From the NCBI GenBank assembly GCA_033977065.1, contig JAXCHI010000002.1, positions 358,866 through 422,865 of the forward strand: a stretch of 64,000 nucleotides of DNA. Direction: 5' to 3'. A model generated the notes under the pieces. That model searched no databases and had not been told where the DNA came from. It was given only the letters and a program-made list of their open reading frames with translations. Positions 49,121 through 58,450 of the stretch are shown piece after piece. The DNA comes from Candidatus Algichlamydia australiensis (lineage in GTDB: Bacteria; Chlamydiota; Chlamydiia; Chlamydiales; JAJFMI01). Positions within the stretch are counted from its first letter, which is position 1. Each line of letters starts with the position of its first letter. A program made the translations under genes and the position numbers.

Positions 49121-49975
49121 ATGATTAACTTCATGGAAAAGCGCGGCGTATTAGCATTAGACATTGATGGAACTCTTTCAGGGAGTGATCATCACATCCC
49201 GGATGGGGTAGCACATTTTTTAAAAGATCTTTCCCACGATTGGGAAATCTTCTTGATTACGGGAAGAAGTTTTACTTTTGCAGAGACGACCATTACAAAG
49301 TTGGAGTTTCCTTTCTATCTTGCGGTGCAAAATGGGGCGGATATCATGCGCATGCATGATAAGAGTCTGCTTTTGCGCAACTATATTGACGGAGAGACTC
49401 TAAAAAATCTCGATGAACTTCTTCATGATGAACCGGAAGATTTTCTTCTCTACTCTGGTTACGATCTCGGTGATTACTGCTACTACCGTCCCAAGCGTTT
49501 TTCAGAAGGCCTTCTCGATCATTTTGAGGAGTTAAAGCGCTTTTCTCCGACCGATTGGCACGAAATTGAGTCATTGCAAATTAAAGAACAGCAAGCTTTT
49601 CCTCTTGTAAAGTATTTTGGAAAGGAGGCGGATGCTTTCCGTGTACAAGATAAAATTGCGACTATTAAGAATTTGACTGTAAGCGTGATTCGAGATCCTC
49701 TTAATCCAGATTATCACATGGCGATGATCACTCATGTCGACGCCAATAAAGGAACGAGCCTAAAAAAACTTCTTACACATGCCGGCATGCATGGTCCCAT
49801 TATTGCAGCTGGTGATGATAATAATGATGAGCCGATGCTCAATCTTGCTGACTGCAAGATTGTTATGGGAACAGCCCCACCGCATCTTTTGCGCACAGCA
49901 GATATTGTAGCAGCTGCATCAACAGAGATGGGCATTATTGACGCCTTGCAAAAAGCGACTTCAAACAAGTATTGA
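49121..49975 (+). CDS. HAD-IIB (Cof-like) hydrolase
   Basis: ALDIDGTL, ITGR, QNGA, NKG, AGDDNNDEPML. Confidence 0.9.
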   Translation: MINFMEKRGVLALDIDGTLSGSDHHIPDGVAHFLKDLSHDWEIFLITGRSFTFAETTITKLEFPFYLAVQNGADIMRMHDKSLLLRNYIDGETLKNLDELLHDEPEDFLLYSGYDLGDYCYYRPKRFSEGLLDHFEELKRFSPTDWHEIESLQIKEQQAFPLVKYFGKEADAFRVQDKIATIKNLTVSVIRDPLNPDYHMAMITHVDANKGTSLKKLLTHAGMHGPIIAAGDDNNDEPMLNLADCKIVMGTAPPHLLRTADIVAAASTEMGIIDALQKATSNKY

Positions 49976-49979
49976 TCTC

Positions 49980-50990
49980 ATGAACCAACGCGAACTGATT
50001 CAGCTTGCTGTTAAAAGCGGGGAGAGCTTCTACCACCCCGAAAGCCGATTTCTTCACCACAAAGAGCGCATTCCTCTCTATCAAAATTTTTGCTACGTTT
50101 TGGCACTGCTCCGTATGAAGCAGGGAGAGACGGTTGAGCTCGCATCGGATTTGCTTGAGAGGCTTCTTGCTTTTCAAGCGGAAGGCTTCCCTATCTATCT
50201 TGATCAATTCCCTAAATGTTACTCCTCTGAACATCAACATAAGATTTTCCTTACGCTCGATGCGATCTACAAGCATTTTCACTCCATTATGAAGCCGGAG
50301 TTAAAGGAAAAGGTGGAGCGCGCTGTTGCAAAGCAATCGGGATTTCAGGTTGACTCTCTAGCACCTATATTCCACCCTAAAACGTTTCGGGTTGTGGGAG
50401 AGCATTGTCGCAGAGGTTCTGACCCAAAAGGAACCTTTGAAGATCTTGTCCTGGGCTGCTACTTGGGTAAACTTTCACGTTGGGTAAAAGAGGATCCTTG
50501 GCTTCTTGTGGAAGCTGCCCGTATTTTTCCTCAAGAGCAAGAAAATCTTATAGAAGGGGACATTCTAATCGATCCTACAGGGTATGAAATAAGCTGGGGT
50601 GACTCAGAGCAAAACCACTCCTTGCTACTTCCAGGCTTTGATGAAAACCTCTGCTTTACTTATTCGGAAGAGGTTCCAGAGGGCAAGAGCGATCGAATGG
50701 AGGTCAATCTCTATCTCAACTATCACCCCGATAACAGTATTTTAGTGAACGGAAAAAAAGCGACAACTTTTCAGATGAGTGATTGCGTTGAAATTCATTC
50801 AAAGAATAGAAAAATCAAATTAGAGTTCGCACCCGGTGAGGGGCGTTTCTTTGGGCATATCAGCCGCTATAACAGACCAACGCAAGAGAGGCGTAAAGAG
50901 ATGTTCGAATCTTACGATTGGCGCATTGCTGTTCGCACCATCTCTCGCTCAAAAAATTGCAGCTTGTCTGTTCGTTACTCTACTTCTTGA
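49980..50990 (+). CDS. Conserved hypothetical protein
   Basis: Clean ORF from ATG 49980, 4 bp after the HAD stop. Confidence 0.75.
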   Translation: MNQRELIQLAVKSGESFYHPESRFLHHKERIPLYQNFCYVLALLRMKQGETVELASDLLERLLAFQAEGFPIYLDQFPKCYSSEHQHKIFLTLDAIYKHFHSIMKPELKEKVERAVAKQSGFQVDSLAPIFHPKTFRVVGEHCRRGSDPKGTFEDLVLGCYLGKLSRWVKEDPWLLVEAARIFPQEQENLIEGDILIDPTGYEISWGDSEQNHSLLLPGFDENLCFTYSEEVPEGKSDRMEVNLYLNYHPDNSILVNGKKATTFQMSDCVEIHSKNRKIKLEFAPGEGRFFGHISRYNRPTQERRKEMFESYDWRIAVRTISRSKNCSLSVRYSTS

Positions 50991-51124
50991 ATTCTTTTTT
51001 TTGCTTCGATCCAAGAGACAACCTCTTCTTTGCCTTCCTCAATATCATGAAGGATTAGAGATGCATTTACAATATCGAACAGATCTTCTAAGTCGTAAAT
51101 GTTTTTTTCAGAATTGCTATCCAT
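50975..51124 (-). CDS. Small acidic protein resembling an antitoxin C-terminal half
   Basis: MDSNSEKNIYDLEDLFDIVNASLILHDIEEGKEEVVSWIEAKKRIQEVE; ATG 4 bp after the fabI stop. Confidence 0.4.
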   Translation of the reverse strand: MDSNSEKNIYDLEDLFDIVNASLILHDIEEGKEEVVSWIEAKKRIQEVE

Positions 51125-51128
51125 AGAT

Positions 51129-52022
51129 TTAGTCCGAAAAGGCAGGACTATCGCTTGCGATACCCATTGCGTGAAGGCCATTATCTACATAGAGTGTAAC
51201 GCCTGTAATCGCTGAGCTCTCAGGGCCAAGCAAAAATTTCGCTGCGTGGCCGATCTCTGACGAGGTAAGATCTTTTTGTAGAGGGGCGTTAGAGTGAGCA
51301 TAGTTGATCATTTTATCGATAAAACCGATGGCGCGTGCGGCACGTGAACCGAGGGCTCCTGCGGAAATCGAGTTAACGCGCAGGTTCCATTTGCGTCCCG
51401 CTTCCCATGAGAGTGTGCGTGTATCGCTCTCTAGAGCTGCTTTTGCTGAGCTCATGCCGCCTCCATACCCGGGAACAGCACGCTCAGAAGCAAGGTAGGT
51501 GAGGTTGAGGACAGAGCCTCCAGAGTTCATAATCGGGCCAAAGTGCGCAAGTAAGCTAACGAATGAGTAGGAGGAGCTGCTAATTGCGGCAAGATAGCCT
51601 TTACGTGAAGTTTCTAAAAGGGGATTTTTAACTTCGGGTCCGTTGGCAAGGGAGTGGACGAGAATATCAATTTTTCCAAAATCTTTTTCTACCGCTCTTA
51701 CAACATCTGAAATGGCGAAAGGATCTGAATCTTTAAAACGCTTGTTATTGAGGATCTCTTCTGGTACATCCTCCATCGTATCAAAGGTGGCGTCAAGTGA
51801 GTAGATTTTTGCAAACTCCATGAGCGAACCATCGGAGAGTTTGCGTGAAGCATCAAACTTTCCATTTTTCAAGCTCATGTTGAATATCTTTAAGATAGGT
51901 GTCCAAGTACCAACAAGAATCTCACAACCCGCTTCAGCAAGTTCTTTTGCAATTGCCCAACCATAACCTTGATCATCGCCAATACCGGCGATAAATGCGC
52001 GTTTTCCTTTCAAATTTTTCAT
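51129..52022 (-). CDS. fabI: Enoyl-ACP reductase (chlamydial/plant-type FabI)
   Basis: [43 protein letters not shown]. Confidence 0.95.
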   Translation of the reverse strand: MKNLKGKRAFIAGIGDDQGYGWAIAKELAEAGCEILVGTWTPILKIFNMSLKNGKFDASRKLSDGSLMEFAKIYSLDATFDTMEDVPEEILNNKRFKDSDPFAISDVVRAVEKDFGKIDILVHSLANGPEVKNPLLETSRKGYLAAISSSSYSFVSLLAHFGPIMNSGGSVLNLTYLASERAVPGYGGGMSSAKAALESDTRTLSWEAGRKWNLRVNSISAGALGSRAARAIGFIDKMINYAHSNAPLQKDLTSSEIGHAAKFLLGPESSAITGVTLYVDNGLHAMGIASDSPAFSD

Positions 52023-52258
52023 GAGAGTTTTCTTGCGACCATGCGACGGTAGCCTTCTGCTGTCAGGAGGCGCTCGCCTTTTTTTGTTGTTGTTCTTTTT
52101 TTAGGTGCCGGCGCAGCGGCTGTCTTTGTTGCTGTAGTTGGAGATTTTTTAGGGGTAGTTTTTTTTGGTGCTGTTTTTGCAGGTACGCGTCTTTTTACAG
52201 GGGCTTTTGTCTTTTTAGCCTCTTCGCTAGACTTTTTTTTAAGTAATTTCTTTAACAT
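52019..52258 (-). CDS. Small Lys/Ala/Thr/Pro-rich basic protein (histone H1-like)
   Basis: 79 aa, PKK/AKT-type repeats, GGTGAGG RBS, ATGA overlap with fabI. Confidence 0.65.
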   Translation of the reverse strand: MLKKLLKKKSSEEAKKTKAPVKRRVPAKTAPKKTTPKKSPTTATKTAAAPAPKKRTTTKKGERLLTAEGYRRMVARKLS

Positions 52259-52277
52259 ATCCTCACCTTCTAAAAAT

Positions 52278-52342
52278 AGTATACACATATTCCTTATGTC
52301 TGGTCAATAAAAATTGCATTTGAATCCCGTATAAGTTAGAAT
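52278..52342. promoter_or_regulatory. Back-to-back divergent promoters
   Basis: Minus strand TTGACC-N18-TATACT (52307-52278); plus strand TTGCAT-N17-TAGAAT (52314-52342). Confidence 0.5.
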
Positions 52343-52366
52343 AGAGGGGAATTTTGGAGAAATTTT

Positions 52367-52786
52367 ATGACACAAGTTGAAGTAGAGTTAAAAGAAAAAC
52401 TTACGTGTATCTGCCGCTCGGAAGAGGGGGATCTCATTGAGACTCATGGACCTAAGGCGTATGGAGGAATTGGAGAAAAGTTCAATCCTACAGATCTTTT
52501 GGCAGCCTCGCTCGGCTCCTGTATCTTAACAATTATGGGAGTTTATGCGGGACAGCTCGGCGTGAGCATTGAAGGTGCTAAGCTTAAGTTGATTAAGGAG
52601 ATGCAAGATGCTCCTCGTCGCGTCAAAAAAGTTGTTATAGAGATCGACTGCCCCCAGGAGTTTGAGCCAAAGATTACAGACCAGCTTGAAAAGGCAGCTC
52701 GTCACTGTCCTGTTCACCTCAGTCTTCATCCTGACATTGAGCAAGAAATCACTTTCAAATGGGGATCGCTCGTTGCAAGTCGGTAG
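52367..52786 (+). CDS. OsmC family protein
   Basis: GG.G...NPTDLLAASLGSC...A.HCPVHLSL, two conserved Cys. Confidence 0.9.
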   Translation: MTQVEVELKEKLTCICRSEEGDLIETHGPKAYGGIGEKFNPTDLLAASLGSCILTIMGVYAGQLGVSIEGAKLKLIKEMQDAPRRVKKVVIEIDCPQEFEPKITDQLEKAARHCPVHLSLHPDIEQEITFKWGSLVASR

Positions 52787-53636
52787 TTTTCGCGAATTTT
52801 TGCAGAAGGCTCCAGATCACAAGCAGCTTGCAGTTGCTCTAAAAAATGATGAGGAGCGCGGAGCGCTCTTACATTTTTTAGCAAAGCGATTTTTTCCTCA
52901 TGCAGAACGCGCTGCGGGTGATTTTTCCCCCTCTCTTTTTGGGGGAGAAGAGTATGCATTAATTGAGCAAGTGGGTAAGCAAAAGGCTGAAGGGTTTCCA
53001 AATGATTTAATTCTTATTCTTGGAAGCAAAACAGCAACCCCTCTAAAAAACTTTCCAAATGCGCTCTTTCTCAATTTAGAAAAAGAGAGTTTTCGTGCGC
53101 GCGAGGAGCGCTACGTTCAATTTGTACTGCATGAACTTGGTGAGATAACGTCGCAAGCTGCAGCTCTGCTCGTTTCGCATGTCGGTTGCGATTTTGGCCT
53201 GATTACTCAGGAGATAGAAAAATTGCGGCTTGTGGAGCAAAAGCCGATTGATCTCGATGCGATTCACAATTTGGTTCCTAATAAAGAGGATGCCGTCCTT
53301 TGGAAAATTTCTGAGGAACTTATTTTTGAAAGAAAAGTTCCTCAAGTTACCAACATGCAAACGCGTGAGCTTCTCATTCTGATTGGTCAGATGCGGTCAC
53401 ATTTAGAGACGGGGTTAAAAATTAAAGAGCTCGATGGCAAAGCTTTGGCTCCCTATTTCCCCAAGTTGCAAAGCTGGATTTTAGATCGCTATGTAAGGCT
53501 ATCAGCTAAAATTCCTGCGCGTTATTTTCAAAAAGGACTGGCTGAATTGCTCGACCTTGAAATCAAATCTAAGAGTACCACTATTGATCCCAAACTGTTA
53601 CTCGACCACTTTTTAGTTAGATGGCAGGTGAATTAG
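52773..53636 (+). CDS. holA: DNA polymerase III delta subunit-like
   Basis: PSLFGG, AAALLVSHVG.D...I.QEIEKL, WKISE, LLDLEIKSK; probable TTG start at 52773. Confidence 0.7.
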   Translation: MQVGSFREFLQKAPDHKQLAVALKNDEERGALLHFLAKRFFPHAERAAGDFSPSLFGGEEYALIEQVGKQKAEGFPNDLILILGSKTATPLKNFPNALFLNLEKESFRAREERYVQFVLHELGEITSQAAALLVSHVGCDFGLITQEIEKLRLVEQKPIDLDAIHNLVPNKEDAVLWKISEELIFERKVPQVTNMQTRELLILIGQMRSHLETGLKIKELDGKALAPYFPKLQSWILDRYVRLSAKIPARYFQKGLAELLDLEIKSKSTTIDPKLLLDHFLVRWQVN

Positions 53637-54364
53637 TCTTACTTCCTAATTTGCTTTCTGAGAAGAGCAATCCGAAAGAGCAGCTACCTGAAAATCTTGG
53701 TGCTATTTTTTCAACTCTTGATGGACTGATTGTAGAGAATGCTAAATCAGCGCGTCGCTTTATTGTGCGCTTTTCTAGAGATCTTCTTCAACTACCGATG
53801 GAAACGCTTAACGAACATACGCAAAATTTAAAAGGCCTTCTTTCTCCAATGAAAAAGGGAGAAAAGTGGGGGCTACTTTCTGAAGCAGGGCTTACTTGCA
53901 TCGCCGATCCAGGAGCAAAGCTTGTAGAGTTAGTACGCAAACAGGGGATCTCTGTTCGCGCCCTTCCAGGGCCCTCCTCCATCTTTATGGGACTAATGCT
54001 CTCGGGGTTTTCTGGGCAATCCTTCACTTTCCACGGCTACCTACCAAGACGCAGACCACTTCTCGATCAGCGATTAGAAGTTTTAGTTCGTCGCTCTCAA
54101 AAGGAGGGAACAACGCAAATCTTTATCGAAGCGCCTTACCGCAATAATCAACTTTTTGCCACTCTTCTTGAGCTTCTGCCAAATGATGCGAATCTCTGCG
54201 TTGCTTGTGATCTTACAGATCCCAATGAGTGGGTAGAAACTCTCTCTGTTTCTCTTTGGAAAAAACGAAAAGCGCCCGATTTACACAAGCGCCCTACTTT
54301 GTTTTTATTTAACTCAATACTGGACAAAAATTTTGCCAAAGGGAGCAAAGCGAACCAAAATTGA
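53621..54364 (+). CDS. Tetrapyrrole-methylase-family SAM methyltransferase (RsmI-like)
   Basis: LLSEAGLTCIADPG, PGPSS, FTFHGYLP, FIEAPYRN; last 17 codons come from an inserted repeat. Confidence 0.88.
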   Translation: MAGELVLLPNLLSEKSNPKEQLPENLGAIFSTLDGLIVENAKSARRFIVRFSRDLLQLPMETLNEHTQNLKGLLSPMKKGEKWGLLSEAGLTCIADPGAKLVELVRKQGISVRALPGPSSIFMGLMLSGFSGQSFTFHGYLPRRRPLLDQRLEVLVRRSQKEGTTQIFIEAPYRNNQLFATLLELLPNDANLCVACDLTDPNEWVETLSVSLWKKRKAPDLHKRPTLFLFNSILDKNFAKGSKANQN

Positions 54365-54485
54365 ATCGAAGCGGCAGCGATTCGAGCGACGAATCCATAG
54401 CCCATAGCGCTATGGATAAGGAGGAGAATCGATTTGATGAAGGTGCAGCTCTCCCATTGGTGAAATTTTTCTCCAGTACTGAGTT
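54311..54485 (+). repeat. 175-bp palindromic element / MITE (family A)
   Basis: Imperfect 30-35-bp TIRs AACTCAATACTGGACAAAAATTTTGCCAAAGGGAG / CTCCCATTGGTGAAATTTTTCTCCAGTACTGAGTT; inner hairpin TCCATAGC...GCTATGGA; second partial copy at 15500. Confidence 0.75.
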
Positions 54486-54548
54486 TAATTCATCTCGACA
54501 AAAATAATTGTATTAATTATTGGTTAGTTTAATTAACCAGTAGTTAGC

Positions 54549-55844
54549 ATGCGTAAAATATTCCGTAATATAATATCTCCTCTTTTATTGATAACATTGT
54601 GCCCACCAGCAGTCATGCTTGTCTGGTATACATGCACTCATCTTGGTGGCTCTCTTACAGATCTTTTTAGAATGATGGTAAATGATGGGGTGCACACAAC
54701 CGTATGTAATATCTGGCTCCCCCACTTTTTTGGTTCACCTATGGCGTGGAGACTCATTGCCATTTTCATGGCAAGCCAACTTCTTTTTATGAGAATTATT
54801 CCGGGCAAAAAATTTCTAGGTCCGATAACTCCCAAAGGCAACATCCCGATCTATAAGGAGAATGGTGTTGCCTGCTTTTTGCTTACTCTAGGACTTTTTT
54901 CCCTCTTTTCTTTTGGATTAAATCTCTTTTCCGCTTCGATTATCTTTGATCATTTTGGAGACATACTAGGAGCGATGACACTCTTTAGCCTTATCTTCTG
55001 TCTACTGCTCTACTTTAAAGGTCTCTACGCACCTTCTTCATCTGACAATGGTAGCTCCGGCAATCCCATTATGGATTACTACTGGGGAACGGAACTCTAC
55101 CCACGTATCCTTGGCTGGGATGTAAAAATGTTTACGAACTGCCGTTTTGGAATGATGAGCTGGGGATTGATCTTGGTCTCCTATGCCGCTAAACAGCACG
55201 AACTCTATGGTATTTCAGATGCGATGATCGTTGCAGTGAGCTTACAGCTTCTCTATATTGGAAAGTTTTTCTTTTGGGAGGGAGGTTATCTGCGCTCACT
55301 TGATATTATGCATGACCGTGCCGGTTTTTACATTTGTTGGGGCTGTCTTGTCTGGGTACCCTGCATCTATACCTCGCCAACGCTCTACCTTGTGCATCAC
55401 CCCAATCACCTCGGTCCGCTCTTTGCAAGTCTCATTTTTGGGCTTGGGGTGATTTCAATTTTGACAAATTATATGGCTGATCGCCAGCGCATGCGTGTGC
55501 GCAATTCCAATGGCAAGAGCAATGTTTTTGGTAAGAAACCTGTACTTATTTGCGCAAAGTACAAGGCCACAACAGGAGAGCAGAAAGATAGTCTTCTTCT
55601 TGCGTCAGGGTTTTGGGGCATTTCGCGCCACTTTCACTATGTACCGGAAATTTTAGGAGCTTTTTTCTGGTCAGCACCAGCGCTCTTTACAGGTTTTCTA
55701 CCTTATTTCTATCTTGTCTTCTTGATTATTTTGTTAACAGACCGCGCGATGCGCGATGACCAGCGCTGCCATGCCAAATATGGCAAATATTGGGATCGTT
55801 ATTGTGAGAAAGTGCCGTACAAAATCATTCCATTTATTTTTTGA
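54549..55844 (+). CDS. Sterol reductase, ERG4/ERG24 family (7-dehydrocholesterol reductase-like)
   Basis: YYWGTELYPRI, DVKMFTNCRFGMM, DIMHDRAGFYICWGCLVWVP, LLASGFWGISRHFHY, DRAMRDDQRC..KYG. Confidence 0.92.
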   Translation: MRKIFRNIISPLLLITLCPPAVMLVWYTCTHLGGSLTDLFRMMVNDGVHTTVCNIWLPHFFGSPMAWRLIAIFMASQLLFMRIIPGKKFLGPITPKGNIPIYKENGVACFLLTLGLFSLFSFGLNLFSASIIFDHFGDILGAMTLFSLIFCLLLYFKGLYAPSSSDNGSSGNPIMDYYWGTELYPRILGWDVKMFTNCRFGMMSWGLILVSYAAKQHELYGISDAMIVAVSLQLLYIGKFFFWEGGYLRSLDIMHDRAGFYICWGCLVWVPCIYTSPTLYLVHHPNHLGPLFASLIFGLGVISILTNYMADRQRMRVRNSNGKSNVFGKKPVLICAKYKATTGEQKDSLLLASGFWGISRHFHYVPEILGAFFWSAPALFTGFLPYFYLVFLIILLTDRAMRDDQRCHAKYGKYWDRYCEKVPYKIIPFIF

Positions 55845-55856
55845 ATATGGATCTCA

Positions 55857-56032
55857 TAACCTACTCCCAAAAAATTGATTCATGCTAAAACAGACTTTCT
55901 CCATGAACAAAAAAGAAAAAAAGCAGATTCACTGAAAGAACAGATCATCCGAATTTTTAAGCAAAGAGAAGTTGGTGATAAAATAGATAAGCTATGCCAT
56001 CAACATAACTTCTCGGAGCTTACCTACTATAT
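55857..56032 (+). mobile_element. IS3-family (IS407-like) left-end remnant with degraded orfA
   Basis: Frameshifted KSRFTE/EQIIRIFKQREVGDKIDKLCHQHNFSELTYY, an orfA HTH pattern; cut off by the MITE at 56033. Confidence 0.65.
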
Positions 56033-56192
56033 GAACCTATCCAACTAAACATGCTTTTGCCTTTTTCCACATTTTTGGCTGGATTTTGAGCTATTTTTTC
56101 AAACAACTTAATTAAGTTGTTTTCAAAAAGATCCCAAAATCCTTCTCAAAACTGAGAAAAAATTTCAAAAGCAGCTTTAGTTGGATAGGTTC
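56033..56192 (+). mobile_element. 160-bp MITE (family B), copy 1
   Basis: Perfect 17-bp TIR GAACCTATCCAACTAAA; central palindrome AAACAACTTAATTAAGTTGTTT; identical by eye to 58218-58377. Confidence 0.85.
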
Positions 56193-56950
56193 TTGTAGCA
56201 ATCCCTCTCCAGCGCTTAAGGTGTAGAAATGTATTTTCCACCAAATGTCGGAGCCTATAGAGATCTTTATCGAAATGCCAGGGTTGTCTCCAGTTTGACT
56301 TTGGTAGAATGACAGGGTTTATGCCCTGTTGCCTAAGCTGGCAAAGTATCGCATCGCTCTCATATGCTTTGTCTGCGAGAAGGTGCTCCGCTTGAATGCC
56401 TTCAATCAAAGCCCTGGCTTGCGTGCTATCATGGCGGGCACCTTCTGTAATAATAATTCTGACCGGCATACCATGCGCATCCACGGCCAAATGCAATTTC
56501 GTGTTGAGCCCCTTTTTGTGCGACTCGTCTCCTAATTGCCTCCTCTTGCTCCTGCAGCGTGTGGATGAACCTTGATGTGGCTCGCATCTATCATCAGCCA
56601 CTCGTAATCGGGTTCATCAATTAACTTCTCAAGAAGCGACTCTCATATTCCCTTGTCACGCCACCTACAAAAACGTCGATGCGTATTCTTCCAATCACCA
56701 TAACTTGGGGGTAAGTCACGCCAAGGGGCTCCCTTTCTAAGAATCCAAAAAAACCCGTTGATAGATAACCAATTATCCTTGGCAACCGATCCCCAGCCCC
56801 CCTTCCTCCCCGGCAACAAGGGCTCCAATTTACACCATAACTTTTCGGAAATGTCGTGTCGATGATGGGCTAAATTCTGCATTAGTTCTTCTCCTTCGAG
56901 GGTTAAAGCTTAGCAGAATATCAAATTTAAAGTTTCTTGACGACACTATC
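56193..56950 (-). mobile_element. IS5-family element (IS427-like), degraded and 3'-truncated
   Basis: ILRKGAPWRDLP..YGDWKNTHRRF, GLNTKLHLAVD, LLADKAYESD, YRLRHLVEN; premature TGA at 56643 and frameshifts; left end GATAGTGTCGTCAAG at 56950 flanked by TA; right end replaced by the MITE. Confidence 0.85.
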
Positions 56951-57900
56951 TAGCTTTCGTGTGAATATTCTGATATATCGTCTGGAACAGATGTACCTTC
57001 GCTTCCAGAAGATGGATCACTTTCCAGCTGAATAACTAGCCTGGATTCCAAATAGTTTTTAAAATTTTTGACATCTCTATTTTTACTTGGGTAATTTTTA
57101 TTTTTTTCAATTGCATTTAGCAGTTTTCTTATCTCGTCATTGGTAATTTTGACTGTTTTGTTATCGATACAATTATGTGTATTACCTGAAAAACCGATTT
57201 TGTACGGATTTATAGACTTATGGGCTAATAATATTCCGGCAATTTCTATTTCGCCATACATAAGAGCATATGTGAGTAACGTTTGAGGTCTTGGTGAGCT
57301 ACACGTAACGTTTGGATCAACATTTTTGCCTCGTGCCTTAAGTATCATTTTTACACATTCTATAACAGACTTGTGTAACTCATCTTTTTCTGCTTGACTA
57401 TACAATCCTCTATACCAATCTTTTTTAGAACCAAACATAGAAGCTGCCTCAATTAGCCAATGTATAGCCGTTTGGGGGTGCTTTGGCGTGTTTGGTGCGC
57501 TTGTTTGAGAAATTAGTGGAGCCCTAGGAAGTACCGATGGATTGGGTATTGCTCCATTTGCTAGCAATAATTCAATTATGGACTGTGTGTTTTTGCCAAA
57601 ATTCATTGCCGCCGCTCCAATTATATCAGAGCCTTCAAGAGAATTTATTTTGAGTGTTTCTCTCAAAGCTATAATGTAATTTTTATTTGCAAGTATGTCA
57701 TAGGTATCAACACCCTCTACAAATTCATCAAAAAGGTCGAAACCCTTTTGCTCAAGATCGTAAACTGCGGACCATGCTTCGGCATCGTTGCTTGCCCTCA
57801 ATAAATCTATATAAAGATCGTTTTCATCTTTATCTGATGAGTCTTCGAACTGAGAATAATTAGAATAATTTTCTTGGCTTGAAAAGCTATTTGATATCAT
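56950..57900 (-). CDS. Ankyrin-repeat-like protein (possible effector)
   Basis: SIIELLLANGAIPN, QTAIHW, DPN...TLLTYALMYGEIEIAGILLAH; Ser/acidic N-terminus; AGGAGG RBS. Confidence 0.65.
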   Translation of the reverse strand: MISNSFSSQENYSNYSQFEDSSDKDENDLYIDLLRASNDAEAWSAVYDLEQKGFDLFDEFVEGVDTYDILANKNYIIALRETLKINSLEGSDIIGAAAMNFGKNTQSIIELLLANGAIPNPSVLPRAPLISQTSAPNTPKHPQTAIHWLIEAASMFGSKKDWYRGLYSQAEKDELHKSVIECVKMILKARGKNVDPNVTCSSPRPQTLLTYALMYGEIEIAGILLAHKSINPYKIGFSGNTHNCIDNKTVKITNDEIRKLLNAIEKNKNYPSKNRDVKNFKNYLESRLVIQLESDPSSGSEGTSVPDDISEYSHES

Positions 57901-57933
57901 GCTTCCTCCTTTTTTTGATTTTTCTTAATTTTA

Positions 57934-58143
57934 GGCCTTGTTGCGTAAATAGCTGTGGATAAAGACTTTCTTATCAAAATTTCAGTAAAACTCTAAATTT
58001 TTGTTAGAAAAACGAAGATTTAGGCGTTACATGAAAGCGACAAACAAAAAACTCAAAATCTGCAACCGGCCTGAATATAACAAATCCCTGAAAAAAAGAG
58101 AAAGACCAAAAATTTACTCCGACGGTGCAATTCTTTGCGCCTT
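57934..58143 (+). mobile_element. Truncated, internally deleted copy of the IS903-like element
   Basis: Same left TIR GGCCTTGTTGCGTAAATAGC and leader as 38782; 69-bp deletion between the two AAAAGAGGAAG repeats of the full copy. Confidence 0.85.
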
Positions 58144-58217
58144 TTTTAGAAAAATTTATTCGGAAAAAACAGATTATAATCTTGATGGCTACCTTTTCAA
58201 GATTAAGGAAAGTATAT

Positions 58218-58377
58218 GAACCTATCCAACTAAACATGCTTTTGCCTTTTTCCACATTTTTGGCTGGATTTTGAGCTATTTTTTCAAACAACTTAATTAA
58301 GTTGTTTTCAAAAAGATCCCAAAATCCTTCTCAAAACTGAGAAAAAATTTCAAAAGCAGCTTTAGTTGGATAGGTTC
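58218..58377 (+). mobile_element. 160-bp MITE (family B), copy 2
   Basis: Direct, apparently identical repeat of 56033-56192. Confidence 0.85.
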
Positions 58378-58450
58378 ATGTGTTTCTATAGTTTTTATGT
58401 TAGTCACCGCAATTTGTGGGAGAATTGCGGTGAAATGAAAGGGGGGCAGA

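Noticed and set aside
56643..56645. In-frame TGA at a Trp position as evidence of recoding
   Set aside because: The element also has frameshifts and TGA is a normal stop elsewhere in the window; this is simple decay.
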